Of a stretch of 64,000 nucleotides of DNA, positions 1 through 9,965 are shown in pieces. The notes beneath the pieces were generated by a model. It saw only the letters and a program-made list of their open reading frames with translations. It was not told where the DNA came from and ran no database searches. A program made the translations under genes and the position numbers. The DNA comes from an uncultured bacterium (lineage in GTDB: Bacteria; Planctomycetota; Planctomycetia; Planctomycetales; Planctomycetaceae). Within the stretch, counting starts at the first letter, position 1; each line of letters begins with the position of its first letter. The stretch spans positions 10,027 to 74,026 of the forward strand of contig CAXBFD010000014.1 in the NCBI GenBank assembly GCA_963974925.1. Reading direction: 5' to 3'.

Positions 1-1538
1 TTTCGTCCCCGGGTAGAAACGATTTGACCAGAGGGGACAAACCGATTTGAGACAGAAATTGCTTCGGTTAATAAACCACCCGGATTTCCCCGCAAGTCAA
101 ATACGAGAGATTTCATTCCCTGCCGATGCAGGTTCCACAATGCCTGATCCAATTCCTGAACTGACCCCTCCCCAAACTTCTCCAACCGGATCAATCCGAT
201 TTTCTGTTGTGCATCAACCATTTTCACTTCACTGATATTCGTAATGCGTATCGATTGACGACTCAGATTGACTTTTGCATTCTGGTCTCCTCTGCGCACT
301 TCGAGAGAAATTGTTGAACCTGCAGGGCCCGTAATCAAGTTGGCAACATCATCCAGAGAAAGACCGGCTAACGTTCGTTGATTGGCCCCTACTATAATGT
401 CTCCACGCTGAAGCCCTGCTTTCTGTGCAGAACCCCCATTCAGCGTACGTAAGATGACAGCTCCTTCACGATGCGTCTTGAGCTGTACTCCCACACCCAC
501 AATATTACTGTCTCCCGCATCGACACGCGGCCCTGACACACTGGGCGTAAACTCAAATCGAGAGTGTTTATCGAGTGCATCCAGCGAACCATAAGCGAAC
601 TCGTAAATCACACCAGTCGCCGGCATTTGGAGCTGGCTGCCTGCAATATCCGCTGCCTGACGCAAAACGGTCACCGCTTCCTGGGAATTGCGAGCAGGAT
701 TCTGATCCATCAATTGCTGCCAGCGTTGCTGTACTATTCTAATTCGTTCAGGAGATGCTGAAATACGATGGGTATTCAGAAATGCCTGGTTCTCCACGGC
801 AAAAATCAGGTTTTGCAAAGACTTCTTCGTTCGCACATCATAGGAAGGTGGTTGCACATGGCGTGAGTCAATCATCCGGTTGACTTCCAGATAGAACGCA
901 TAGGCTCTTTGAGGATCAAGATTCTGCAGAGTTCCGATAACCGAAGGGCTGGCGTAACGTTGAGACAGCTTGTTTCTGACTGCCTGATTTGGATCGATCG
1001 GAGTTTGATTGGGAAATCTCGTTTCGTAGCGATCCCGATCATACTGTGGTAAAGACCTCTGACGCAGTTCCTGAATCAGTTCTCTTAATTTCTGATCGTC
1101 GTAATTGTCTTCAAAAGATCCACGCGGCTGACGCCTTGGGGAAAACTCCCGTCTGTCTCTGAGATCGCTTTCATTTCGATCACGATTACGAGGACGATCA
1201 TACTGTTGATCCCTCCCGGACAATAATCTTTTCAGTTTTAATTCAAAATCATCAGAACCGAAGCCATCATTGACAGGACGGCGACTTTGATACTGGTCAT
1301 CTCTGAAATAGGACTCTGGCAGAAGATCTTCAATCGTATGATCCGGATTATTATCGAAAATACGATTGCTATCGGGACGATAAAAATCCGGACGGTAAGC
1401 GTCATACTCGGCAGCGTGGGAAAGAGTAGTACATCCGGTCAAGAAAACGGCGGTCATCAGTATGACCATTCCCCATACCAGAAGACGAGCTGAGTTAATG
1501 GTTTCTTTTTGACTGTAATTAAATTGTGATCGGTTCAT
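1..1538 (-). CDS. S41 family C-terminal processing (tail-specific) peptidase, probable lipoprotein; C-terminal part runs off the window start
   Basis: Absent from the ORF track because the window edge truncates it. Hand translation of the minus strand from ATG 1538 (GGAGG about 5 nt upstream) gives MNRSQFNYSQ..., an LTGC lipobox, and an R/D-rich linker. It continues with a PDZ-like segment (GVGVQLKTHREGAVILRTLNGGSAQKAGLQRGDIIV) and the S41 motif FDLRGNPGGLL. Confidence 0.85.
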   Translation of the reverse strand, partial: MNRSQFNYSQKETINSARLLVWGMVILMTAVFLTGCTTLSHAAEYDAYRPDFYRPDSNRIFDNNPDHTIEDLLPESYFRDDQYQSRRPVNDGFGSDDFELKLKRLLSGRDQQYDRPRNRDRNESDLRDRREFSPRRQPRGSFEDNYDDQKLRELIQELRQRSLPQYDRDRYETRFPNQTPIDPNQAVRNKLSQRYASPSVIGTLQNLDPQRAYAFYLEVNRMIDSRHVQPPSYDVRTKKSLQNLIFAVENQAFLNTHRISASPERIRIVQQRWQQLMDQNPARNSQEAVTVLRQAADIAGSQLQMPATGVIYEFAYGSLDALDKHSRFEFTPSVSGPRVDAGDSNIVGVGVQLKTHREGAVILRTLNGGSAQKAGLQRGDIIVGANQRTLAGLSLDDVANLITGPAGSTISLEVRRGDQNAKVNLSRQSIRITNISEVKMVDAQQKIGLIRLEKFGEGSVQELDQALWNLHRQGMKSLVFDLRGNPGGLLTEAISVSNRFVPSGQIVSTRGR

Positions 1539-1668
1539 GATCCCCTCCAAGATAAGTCGCCTGGCGACTATTAAGTCCGGCCTATCAACTTCCTCTATGA
1601 TGGCTTAACGGATACTAAGAAAATACATTTAACGGCTCACATATTATGCCCCGTTCTACTTCAGCTAA

Positions 1669-1890
1669 TTAAGCACACTGCGCATTCAATGCCTGGTCAA
1701 TCAGAGTGGAAGCCTCTGAATCGATCGATTCTGGCGTGTTCTCTTCAAGCAGTTCTCCACGAATGACCCGTACGTTCTCGGGAGCATCAATGCCTATTTT
1801 GATCGCCCCTTTACCGGTTTTCAGAATCTTGATCACGATGTTGTCACCAATTTGAATTACTTCATCACGTTTTCGAGTTAAAACTAACAT
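1669..1890 (-). CDS. csrA: carbon storage regulator CsrA
   Basis: MLVLTRKRDEVIQIGDNIVIKILKTGKGAIKIGIDAPENVRVIRGEL is near-consensus CsrA over the whole RNA-binding fold. A C-terminal acidic tail follows. Confidence 0.9.
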   Translation of the reverse strand: MLVLTRKRDEVIQIGDNIVIKILKTGKGAIKIGIDAPENVRVIRGELLEENTPESIDSEASTLIDQALNAQCA

Positions 1891-2613
1891 TGCAAAATCT
1901 CCTGTTATTGCTGACCACCAATATTTTCCATAAACAGAATCATATTGATGTCATTTGGTTATTGTTTAGTGGCTAAATCAGATACATAGCATTCATTGTG
2001 CCAATCAATTTTCCAAAAACGAAACATTGAATTATATCCCTATAAAACAGCACTTTGTCGCATTGCCAAAATGGAAACTGCTCACCTACAATCGACCAGC
2101 CGTGTGTAACATTGACAACATATCTATGAACGCACCCAAAATTACAAAGGATCAAACATTCGATCGTCCATTTTATGATTACAGTTTATTAAAGCTGCAC
2201 CACCACAAAACCGCCAATCTCAACCCAATCCTTGAACTGACCGTGGCCTACCCAGTCCAACAGCTGTCGTGAAATTCGACCTGATGGAATTCCCGTCATT
2301 TTCATTTCGATAACAGGGCTGAGCGTGATGTGAGCCGCGAGGGAAGCAGGCCAAGCATGGTCTTGACGTAATTCGTAAAACCAGTAAACTTCGCCGCCTG
2401 ATATTCAGAGTTTGATGAATTCGCCATTGGAAACTACTTGCAAAGTAGAATTGAACCTTCATCATCTTTTGTCAGATCTTAAACAACGCGTTTGCTATTA
2501 AACGGGCCAAAAGTACCATTCATCGTTTGATGTTCATCCTGTTTTGACACAGTGATCGTCATGGATGACATTGGTTAATCAAGACGTAGAATTCACAAGA
2601 AAGGATTGTGTGA

Positions 2614-4263
2614 ATGTATTCCCGCTTCAGCCACACTGTTTGTCATCACAAAAATCGTAAGGGTGTATTGCCTTTTACCTCCAAAGCTTTTAGCACACTT
2701 TTGATTTTCGGGCTCGCAACTGCTTACATCAGCACAAGCGCATATGCACAATCTCCGAATGACAATAACAGCAAACTAGTGAATGATTTACTTCGCCTGT
2801 TGGAAAAATCTGATCTGGCAACCCGGGACCGTGAGTATAAGCCATCGGGCTTAGACCTGCCCCCTGCCCCTCAATTAAACACTTCGCGCATCAATATCAA
2901 CGAAGTGCGAGATCTTCTCGAAAGGTTCTCCAGTGACAGCTCTGCATTAGCGACCAGTCTTAACAGAGTGATGTATCAGGTTCCTGGCGTTCGAGAGTAT
3001 GTTGCCGACGTACTGAAAGTGAGAGCACGTTCATCGATCCTTGCAGACAAAGTTCGCCGCAGCACTGATTATACTTTACTTGCTGGAGAATACAGTGAAA
3101 TCGACCAATTATGGAGAGTCGTTTCCAATCAATTATCGCAGGTTCGAGGTCTGGATCGAGACTCCAGAAATCTCATCACAAGCATGAATGAAAGTGACCG
3201 CAAACTGGGCGACCTGCTTCAGACAGGACCTCAACTGAAGCGGACAGAACTCTTAAGAGAAACATCAGCACTGAGCAATGCATTGAGCATTTTAGTGCAA
3301 GACATTGAAATTGAACTTTCTCGCGAACCACAAAAGTATGAACTGGTGAGAGAAGGACAACAAATTGAACAAAGAATGGTTCAGGTTTCCAATCTGATTG
3401 TTGACCGCCAGAGCTATGATTCCATTAAACGCGAATATCTGGCTTATCGAGACTCGTGGAACGCTTTCGCCACCCGCCTGCGACCATATCACAATCGCAT
3501 CTTGAGTCGTGGAGTCCAGCGCGTCGTACAACAGGATCGCTCCATTCAAGAACTTCTCTGGCTGCCTCAGGATGGCGCCAATCTGCAGGAAATTGCTCAT
3601 CTCACGGAAGCTCTGAAACGCGACGTTGATGAATTCTATCGCAGAGCCACGCTTCGTCTTTTGATCAGTTTGCCTCCCGCAAATTATATCTCAACATCTG
3701 ACGAATTTTATGGAACTGTGGAAAATCTGATTGATACGGTTAATCATAATGAATCCGGCAATGAACTGATTACCTCCTTCACTTATATTGAGCATTCCTG
3801 GAAAGACTTTTCGGCACTGTTTCACACAGTCGAAAGTCCTGCAGCACTGCAATTGCTGGATAAAGTGGATGATTCTATCAACGCCTTGCGAATTTCGCTT
3901 CGGATGGAACAACCTTCAGAACAGATTGATATTTCCAAGTTAGTTGTTTCACTGGAAGCTCAAAGTGCGCAGCTTTCCATTATTGCAGAACAATGGCTGG
4001 CAACAGAGTCACCCACCTTCAGACGTTCAACACAAGATTCGATTCGTCATTTCACTACCATTGCCCATGAACTGCACCTGATCACTCTGTCCCATCCCGC
4101 TTCGATAACACTCCTCCGCTCAAAAAGTTCGGAACTTTTCGAAAGTTGGTTTAAAGTACATGAAAATATTTCTCGCTGTGAAACCCGTGAGAAATATCAA
4201 CTTCAGGAAACGGCCGTTCGCATCACACAAATGCTGATGGATTTGCGTTACGCAACAAAGTGA
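2614..4263 (+). CDS. hypothetical exported helical protein (549 aa)
   Basis: Long ORF with a signal-like N-terminus (LLIFGLATAYISTSAYAQ). No catalytic motif recognised. An intrinsic terminator follows. Confidence 0.5.
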   Translation: MYSRFSHTVCHHKNRKGVLPFTSKAFSTLLIFGLATAYISTSAYAQSPNDNNSKLVNDLLRLLEKSDLATRDREYKPSGLDLPPAPQLNTSRININEVRDLLERFSSDSSALATSLNRVMYQVPGVREYVADVLKVRARSSILADKVRRSTDYTLLAGEYSEIDQLWRVVSNQLSQVRGLDRDSRNLITSMNESDRKLGDLLQTGPQLKRTELLRETSALSNALSILVQDIEIELSREPQKYELVREGQQIEQRMVQVSNLIVDRQSYDSIKREYLAYRDSWNAFATRLRPYHNRILSRGVQRVVQQDRSIQELLWLPQDGANLQEIAHLTEALKRDVDEFYRRATLRLLISLPPANYISTSDEFYGTVENLIDTVNHNESGNELITSFTYIEHSWKDFSALFHTVESPAALQLLDKVDDSINALRISLRMEQPSEQIDISKLVVSLEAQSAQLSIIAEQWLATESPTFRRSTQDSIRHFTTIAHELHLITLSHPASITLLRSKSSELFESWFKVHENISRCETREKYQLQETAVRITQMLMDLRYATK

Positions 4264-4290
4264 GCATCTGATTCGAGTTGATACAAATTC

Positions 4291-4320
4291 AAGGCCCTCT
4301 TTTATGAGGGCCTTGTTCTT
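4291..4320 (+). terminator. rho-independent terminator
   Basis: A 9-bp GC-rich stem AAGGCCCTC (4291-4299) pairs with GAGGGCCTT (4306-4314) around a 6-nt loop. T-rich GTTCTT follows. It lies 28 nt after the stop at 4263. Confidence 0.55.
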
Positions 4321-4370
4321 GCGCCAAGCAAGTAATATTCTCAGGAAAGACCACACTTTGTATTTAAGAA

Positions 4371-5255
4371 ATGACTCATCTAAGTCGAGGACGATTTGAC
4401 CTTATGATGAATTCTTCAGAGCCTTCGGGAGATGACCCACGCTTTAACAAATCGGGTCCTGCAGATCAAAATGAAACGGACTGGGTCGACTATATCGTTG
4501 CGTATTTTGTAGCAGTGCAACGTTTTTTTCGGATACCCCTGTTACATCTTCAAGCGGATCGCAAAGAAAACATTGAAAAAAGAAGCACCTTTTTTTTACC
4601 GCTGGCGGGTATCAGTCTGGCTGCAGCATTGACTTTATTGCTGGCAGTGACGCAATTTTTCTGGCCGCTGGGAATTGCCGTTTTACTGGTTGCCTCACTG
4701 GAGTTGGTGTTTCTTCGCACTTTTGTTCCCGAATCGATCCCACAAAGTCGATCACTTCTGGTATCACAAACATCAGCGTCGTCATCGTCTGCTGGCAATA
4801 TTTTTGTACTCACCATTGTGTTCATGTTATTACGGGTGGCGCTCTTTTATCACCTGCTCTCTGACTCTAATTCGATTCTCATCCCCTGCATCCTGATTCT
4901 GATTTCCATCTCCTTAGGAACATGGATTATTCCCTTTTCAATCTGCTTTGCATCCGCACACGATACAGACGCCAGATGGGTCAATCCTGATCGTCCTCTA
5001 TCCAGGCAGCAGTTGAGCTATGGCAGCCTGTGCTTAATCCCACTGCTTTTGCTGGGAGCATGGGGTGCAATGGGTTATCTGGCCCCGGCACTCGTTGGCT
5101 CCTCAGTGCTGCTGTATTGGATTATGCGAAAACTGGAAGATCACCATGTTGAAGTAAAAGACACCCATATAGAGGGACTGGCTTCCGTCTTTCAGATCGT
5201 GTTTTTATTAATCTGCACAATCGATCTGTCTTTTCTCAAGCTCCTGTCTGAGTAA
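4371..5255 (+). CDS. polytopic membrane protein, function unknown
   Basis: 294 aa with at least six hydrophobic helices. The N-terminal FFRIPL...FFLPLAG pattern is weakly CobS-like, but no DGLAD-type motif is present. Confidence 0.5.
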   Translation: MTHLSRGRFDLMMNSSEPSGDDPRFNKSGPADQNETDWVDYIVAYFVAVQRFFRIPLLHLQADRKENIEKRSTFFLPLAGISLAAALTLLLAVTQFFWPLGIAVLLVASLELVFLRTFVPESIPQSRSLLVSQTSASSSSAGNIFVLTIVFMLLRVALFYHLLSDSNSILIPCILILISISLGTWIIPFSICFASAHDTDARWVNPDRPLSRQQLSYGSLCLIPLLLLGAWGAMGYLAPALVGSSVLLYWIMRKLEDHHVEVKDTHIEGLASVFQIVFLLICTIDLSFLKLLSE

Positions 5256-5262
5256 GCGAGGA

Positions 5263-5922
5263 TCACACCGTCAAACGCTCCTCCCGTCGCCTTAACTCTG
5301 ATCGCATCAAACCTCTTCCATACTCATTTTTCGTAACTAATTTAAATCCATGCCTTTCGAGAATCGTGGCAGGATCAATCAGGGATTGGGCCTGGATCTG
5401 AGCCACTAACCTGAAAAACAGATACATCACTTTGATCCACAGTATTGCTCTCAACTGCTGCAGCCTGCCCCCTGAGATCTGAAAATCTGCATTTAACCAG
5501 AGCGCACTCTCTTTACACGCGTCTGCAATCTTGGAAATACATTCATTGAGTGTCTGTTCGGTAAACACATCCAGAAAATAATTGGTAACAATCAAATCGT
5601 AGTCCTGGTCTGGCATCGCTTCCATTATCAAATCGCGATGATAAAATTTTACACGATTCAGCGCATGCAAAGAGGATTCCCGCAACCGTTTTTGAGCAAG
5701 ATCCAGCATGGTCTGACTCGAATCAATGTAATGGACTTGTTCACAGTCGCTGTGTTTCAGAAATTCGATTAAAAATTCCCCATCCCCCTCACCAATTAAT
5801 GCCGTTTTATTGACTGAAGGTAAATTCCCAAGCTGGGCTGTTCGACAGCGTTGCATCTGGTTATTAAAGACAATTTTTTCTAAACGCTTAAAATAAGGTG
5901 CAATTCGATCGAAATTCATCAT
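5263..5922 (-). CDS. class I SAM-dependent methyltransferase
   Basis: Glycine-rich SAM motif LIGEGDGEF, an acidic residue at the strand end (YIDSS), and DLIVTNYFLDVF. The preferred start is ATG 5922, which forms an ATGA overlap with the upstream stop (5919-5921). The track start at 6000 would overlap the upstream gene by 82 nt. Confidence 0.7.
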   Translation of the reverse strand: MMNFDRIAPYFKRLEKIVFNNQMQRCRTAQLGNLPSVNKTALIGEGDGEFLIEFLKHSDCEQVHYIDSSQTMLDLAQKRLRESSLHALNRVKFYHRDLIMEAMPDQDYDLIVTNYFLDVFTEQTLNECISKIADACKESALWLNADFQISGGRLQQLRAILWIKVMYLFFRLVAQIQAQSLIDPATILERHGFKLVTKNEYGRGLMRSELRRREERLTV

Positions 5923-6854
5923 AGGAAACTCAAAAAAACACATGGCGTGAATAACGCAAAATCTGCTAAGACCGGTTTTAAATGAGGCTGCAGTGAACAT
6001 CGATCAAGAAACAACAGCAGCAGAGTACTCGTCAGCACTGAGATCTCAAATACCGGCATCAATTGCATGAATATCAAAACACAGCAGACGAGGACCTGCA
6101 AACAGATAAATCCTCTCAGTACGTTCCGAAATCGATGAAGCTGTTCCGGGTTTGCTGTAAAAAAAGTCACCTCTCCTGCCTGCCTGTCAAATCGGTGTTC
6201 CCAACGGGAAATCGCAAGACAGTTTAAACTGCACAAACTCAAAAAACAGACAGAGGTCCAGACAGAATAGAAACTCCAATGCTCCAGTTGAATCAGAATA
6301 AAAAAGTGCGTCGCAGTGGAAAAAAATAATCCCACCAATAATTCTCTGGGGAGAAAACCTCTTGCCTGACTCGGAAAATAAAAACAGGCCAGAAAATAAA
6401 TCAGCAACATTGAAAGTAAACAAAATCCTCCACCAATTTCGGTCCTGTTTAATGTATGAAAAAGGTATAGAATTGAAAAAACAGCGACGAGTGCCCAGGT
6501 ACACATCAAGGGTTTGAAATGCATCGTGGCAAACAGATGGCGGGGAGGCTTCCCATGAGAAAGTGCTGGCATTCGAATACTATCCAGCAACCGATCACCA
6601 GAATAAGCTAACCAGGTAACACTAAATAAAATGACATAATGATGGAATTCGATATTACTTGAATATAAATACGACAAGCACCAGAGCCAGATTACTCCCA
6701 CGAAAGGCGCGTCAAGACTTAAAGAGTTCGTGAGCAGAATCCCCTTTTTCAGAAATTCTCCCAAGTTACTCACACAATGAGCGTCTGTACCTGAGCAGGA
6801 AAGTCCGACAGCGGACGTTCTTTCAACCACTCTGGTTGTAATTTTGCTTAACAT
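5919..6854 (-). CDS. polytopic membrane protein, possible degenerate UbiA-superfamily prenyltransferase
   Basis: 311 aa with about 8 TM helices. YSGDRLLD and WEHRFDRQAGEVTF resemble the two Asp-rich motifs of UbiA-type enzymes but are degenerate. Confidence 0.45.
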   Translation of the reverse strand: MLSKITTRVVERTSAVGLSCSGTDAHCVSNLGEFLKKGILLTNSLSLDAPFVGVIWLWCLSYLYSSNIEFHHYVILFSVTWLAYSGDRLLDSIRMPALSHGKPPRHLFATMHFKPLMCTWALVAVFSILYLFHTLNRTEIGGGFCLLSMLLIYFLACFYFPSQARGFLPRELLVGLFFSTATHFFILIQLEHWSFYSVWTSVCFLSLCSLNCLAISRWEHRFDRQAGEVTFFTANPEQLHRFRNVLRGFICLQVLVCCVLIFMQLMPVFEISVLTSTLLLLFLDRCSLQPHLKPVLADFALFTPCVFLSFL

Positions 6855-7138
6855 CTTAAATTTAAAGGACTTTTGACTGAGTAAATCGAACGGGTCCAGG
6901 CAATATTACAGAGTATGCACGGTAAATCGGAGTAAGGCTACTTCAAACAAACATGAAAGTCGACGGCCGCCAGACGGGATCGTGAATATAATCTACGAGA
7001 AGCCGGTCAATCGCTGTATAATATTCGCGAGTTGAAACAGATATGAAACTGCAAATACAGTATAATATCCGGCCAGGTTTCATAAACAGAACTACAGAGG
7101 TTTTTGGGGATTGTGTCAATCACATCAGGAATAGATTC

Positions 7139-7552
7139 ATGCCGTTAAAAACGGGTACCGTCGAAGAGCCAAAGCTCGATTTAACACCAATGATTGATAT
7201 TGTATTTTTGCTGATCATTTTTTTTATGGTCGGTACACAATTTACGGAGATGGAACGCCAATACGATATCAAACTGCCAACTGTGACAGACGCAAAACCA
7301 TTAACAAATCTGCCTGACGACATTATTGTGAATGTTCAGCAAGACGGAGAAATTTCTGTCAATGGTGAAAAGAAAAGTCTGCCAGAGTTGGAACAGGCTT
7401 TAGAACTGGCAAGACAAAATTTTCCAGGCCAGTCGGTTGTGATCAGAGGTGATTCCACCGGGCCTTATCAGAACGTAATGAATATCCTGGAGATTTGTCA
7501 CCGCGCCAAAATACGCTCTGTCTCTTTAGCCAATCGTTTGAGAGACGAATAA
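7139..7552 (+). CDS. exbD: biopolymer transport protein ExbD/TolR
   Basis: LDLTPMIDIVFLLIIFFMV is the canonical ExbD/TolR TM segment, followed by a periplasmic domain. ATG 7139 has AGGA upstream and gives the usual length of about 137 aa. The track start at 7043 adds 32 atypical residues. Confidence 0.8.
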   Translation: MPLKTGTVEEPKLDLTPMIDIVFLLIIFFMVGTQFTEMERQYDIKLPTVTDAKPLTNLPDDIIVNVQQDGEISVNGEKKSLPELEQALELARQNFPGQSVVIRGDSTGPYQNVMNILEICHRAKIRSVSLANRLRDE

Positions 7553-7557
7553 ACAGC

Positions 7558-9807
7558 ATGCAAAATCGAATCCACAACCTGCTCGAGCAAATCCTGGCTG
7601 GTCGCGATATTTCGTTTGACCAGATACTGTGGGGTGTATTAATCCTGGCAGCGATTTTCGCATCCATTCATCTCTTATCGATGCTGGTGACTCGCTGGGG
7701 GGATAAAAACGCCTCGTCAAAAGCACTGCTCTTTTCAATTATTGTGCACCTTTCACTCTCTTTGGGTGTCGTGACATTCTGGCCTGATTACGCACCAAAG
7801 TCGATCGCCGAAACGCACCCGGATCAAGAACAAATTGAGATTAAACAAATCCTGGCCGAGAGCACTGAGACGATTGAAAACAGGCAGACCGGAAATACGC
7901 CTGTCTGGGAAAAAATCACCAATCCTGAAAAACAGGAATTATCCCGGATTGATTTGACCAGACCGGAGTTCACCCCTTTGGTTGCCCCTCCTGAAAAAAA
8001 ACAACCTCAGGAAATCTCCGAGATGCCCATGCCGGATATCGTTTCTAAAACCGATCTCCCCGTCACTCCTGCCAAGGTGAACATTCAAAGTGTGAGTCAA
8101 AAACGAATTCCGTCACAGGCTCCACTCGAAATTACAGACACGACTGCCGAATCACGGGCTGAAGTTTCTGTGCCTTCGACATCGACCCTCCGCAGCAAAA
8201 TGATACGCACAGGGCAGACAAACCAGAACGTCGAACGGCAATCAACTCTGGGTGCCGTTGATCGAATCCAACCCACATTCAGCAACGAACAGAAAACGCT
8301 CGCGCTGAATGCTCAACCTGATCCAAAGTCGACTTTGGAACGCAATGCCCGGGACAACATGATTCAAAAAAGGACCGGCCCGGCCCCTTCTAACCTTAAA
8401 ATCGAGTCGACCGGAGTTGAGTCGGGAGCCGCGACTCCTGAAAATTCAAACGTGGCACCTGCCGAACCACGTTTTACCAGAAGAAAATCCCGCACCATGC
8501 AGTCCGCGTCGGAAGGAGTCATTCAGCGATCTTCACCAGAAACTCCTGCCGGAAAAGCAAACCCGAATTCAGAACGCTTAATGGCGGAACGCAGTACGTT
8601 ACCACTTACCATCAATCGGGGAGGGCCTCAGCCTGATGCCTTTCGACCGAATTTTGATGCCGTCTCAAATCGCGCAAAGGCAAATATCCCGGCGACCTAT
8701 CGGTTAAGAAATCTGTCAAAACGTAAAGAAATTGCCCAGCGTTTCGGTGGCACAGAAGAATCCGAAAGAGCTGTCGAATTGAGTTTGAAATGGTTGGCAA
8801 CTCACCAGGAACAGGAGGGTTTCTGGGATGCGGACCGATTTGGCGCCGGAAAAGTCAGAATTGACGAACAGGGTATTGATCGTCGCAATGCAGGTGTCCA
8901 GGCTGATGCGGGTTTGACCTCATTGGCAATCCTGGCGTTTCTGGGTGCCGGCTATACTCAGGATGAGGGACAATACTCTGATAACCTGAATCGCGCGATC
9001 CAGTGGATGATTACGCAACAAAAATCAAATGGGTTTCTCGGCGGTGAAGCAACTCATTATGCCCGCATGTATTCACATGCGATGGCAACCTACTCCCTGG
9101 CGGAAGCATATGGACTCCAAAACGATCCCAAATCAAATCCCAAACTCCGCGAAGCGATTGCCCGCGGCGTCTCGTATATCGTAGAAAATCAAAACCCCTA
9201 TGATGGCGGCTGGCGGTACGTCAAAGGTCAGAAAAGTGATATGAGTATGTTCGGCTGGCAGCTGATGGCTCTTAAAAGTGCCGAGATTGCAGGAATCCCC
9301 ATTCCATCAGATACCAAACAGTTAATGGTCAAGTTTTTAAAAGAGCGGAGTCTCGGAAAAGACAACGGCTTAGCCACCTATCGCATGGTTGAACCGGCAA
9401 CCCCTCCTACGCCTGCTATGACCGCTGAATCATTATTCTGTAAGCAAATGCTGGGCATCAGAAGAGATAATCCGTCCTGCAGGGAAGCGATTCAGTTCAT
9501 CGCAGAACGTCCTCCGCGCCTCTCAGAATATAACCTCTATTACTGGTATTATGGGACACTGGCCATGTATCAATATGGAGGCAATCCATGGAGAGAATGG
9601 AACGAAGATTTGCGTGAGTTATTGATTTCGGAACAGGTGACGCACGGCGAAAATGCAGGTAGCTGGGACCCGCGCCCGCCGTGGGGACCATATGGAGGGC
9701 GTCTGTACTCGACCACCTTAAGCACACTCTGCCTGGAGGTCTATTATCGGTTTTTACCACTCTATCAGATGGGAGGCCGATACGATGATGAATCCGCACA
9801 GGATTGA
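7558..9807 (+). CDS. membrane-anchored protein with C-terminal prenyltransferase/squalene-oxidase-like repeats
   Basis: ATG 7558 lies 6 nt after the exbD stop, whereas the track start at 7495 overlaps exbD. The protein has two N-terminal TM helices and a long P/S/T/Q-rich linker. The C-terminal ~330 aa carry repeated aromatic G-W motifs (QEQEGFWD, QQKSNGFLGG, NPYDGGWRY, GENAGSWDP) typical of terpene-cyclase-like alpha/alpha toroid repeats. Confidence 0.55.
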   Translation: MQNRIHNLLEQILAGRDISFDQILWGVLILAAIFASIHLLSMLVTRWGDKNASSKALLFSIIVHLSLSLGVVTFWPDYAPKSIAETHPDQEQIEIKQILAESTETIENRQTGNTPVWEKITNPEKQELSRIDLTRPEFTPLVAPPEKKQPQEISEMPMPDIVSKTDLPVTPAKVNIQSVSQKRIPSQAPLEITDTTAESRAEVSVPSTSTLRSKMIRTGQTNQNVERQSTLGAVDRIQPTFSNEQKTLALNAQPDPKSTLERNARDNMIQKRTGPAPSNLKIESTGVESGAATPENSNVAPAEPRFTRRKSRTMQSASEGVIQRSSPETPAGKANPNSERLMAERSTLPLTINRGGPQPDAFRPNFDAVSNRAKANIPATYRLRNLSKRKEIAQRFGGTEESERAVELSLKWLATHQEQEGFWDADRFGAGKVRIDEQGIDRRNAGVQADAGLTSLAILAFLGAGYTQDEGQYSDNLNRAIQWMITQQKSNGFLGGEATHYARMYSHAMATYSLAEAYGLQNDPKSNPKLREAIARGVSYIVENQNPYDGGWRYVKGQKSDMSMFGWQLMALKSAEIAGIPIPSDTKQLMVKFLKERSLGKDNGLATYRMVEPATPPTPAMTAESLFCKQMLGIRRDNPSCREAIQFIAERPPRLSEYNLYYWYYGTLAMYQYGGNPWREWNEDLRELLISEQVTHGENAGSWDPRPPWGPYGGRLYSTTLSTLCLEVYYRFLPLYQMGGRYDDESAQD

Positions 9808-9965
9808 AATCAAAATCAGACCCGCTCAGATGTTAAGCTGACTGATTCGATCACTCAAGAATTTTTCGCTGCTCTGCGTGACAGAGTTTCACTTCCTAAA
9901 GTTAATTCGCACCCTGGACATTACAGCACAACAATCCGTTTCCCTTCCATAGAAAGTATCCATTG

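Noticed and set aside
2320-2362. SRP (4.5S) RNA-like motif GAGCCGCGAGGGAAGCAGGCCAAGCA resembling GGUCCGGAAGGAAGCAGCCAAGGCA
   Set aside because: The flanking sequence does not form the long imperfect hairpin required for SRP RNA. The 5' arm candidates are not complementary to the 3' arm, and the symmetric and asymmetric loop geometry is wrong. Needs an Infernal scan to be sure.
4371-5255. Calling the 294-aa membrane protein CobS (cobalamin 5'-phosphate synthase)
   Set aside because: Only the N-terminal FFRIPL / FFLPLAG pattern is reminiscent. The conserved DGLAD-type motif is absent and no cobalamin genes are nearby.
7495-7557. Upstream-extended starts given by the ORF track (7495, 7043, 11437, 33370, 49740, 57580, 58589, 6000, 16857, 18415)
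   Set aside because: These extensions overlap the preceding gene or add atypical residues. Several are TTG or GTG codons shown as M. Internal ATGs with better SD spacing or signal-peptide/lipobox logic were preferred. The start calls remain inferences.
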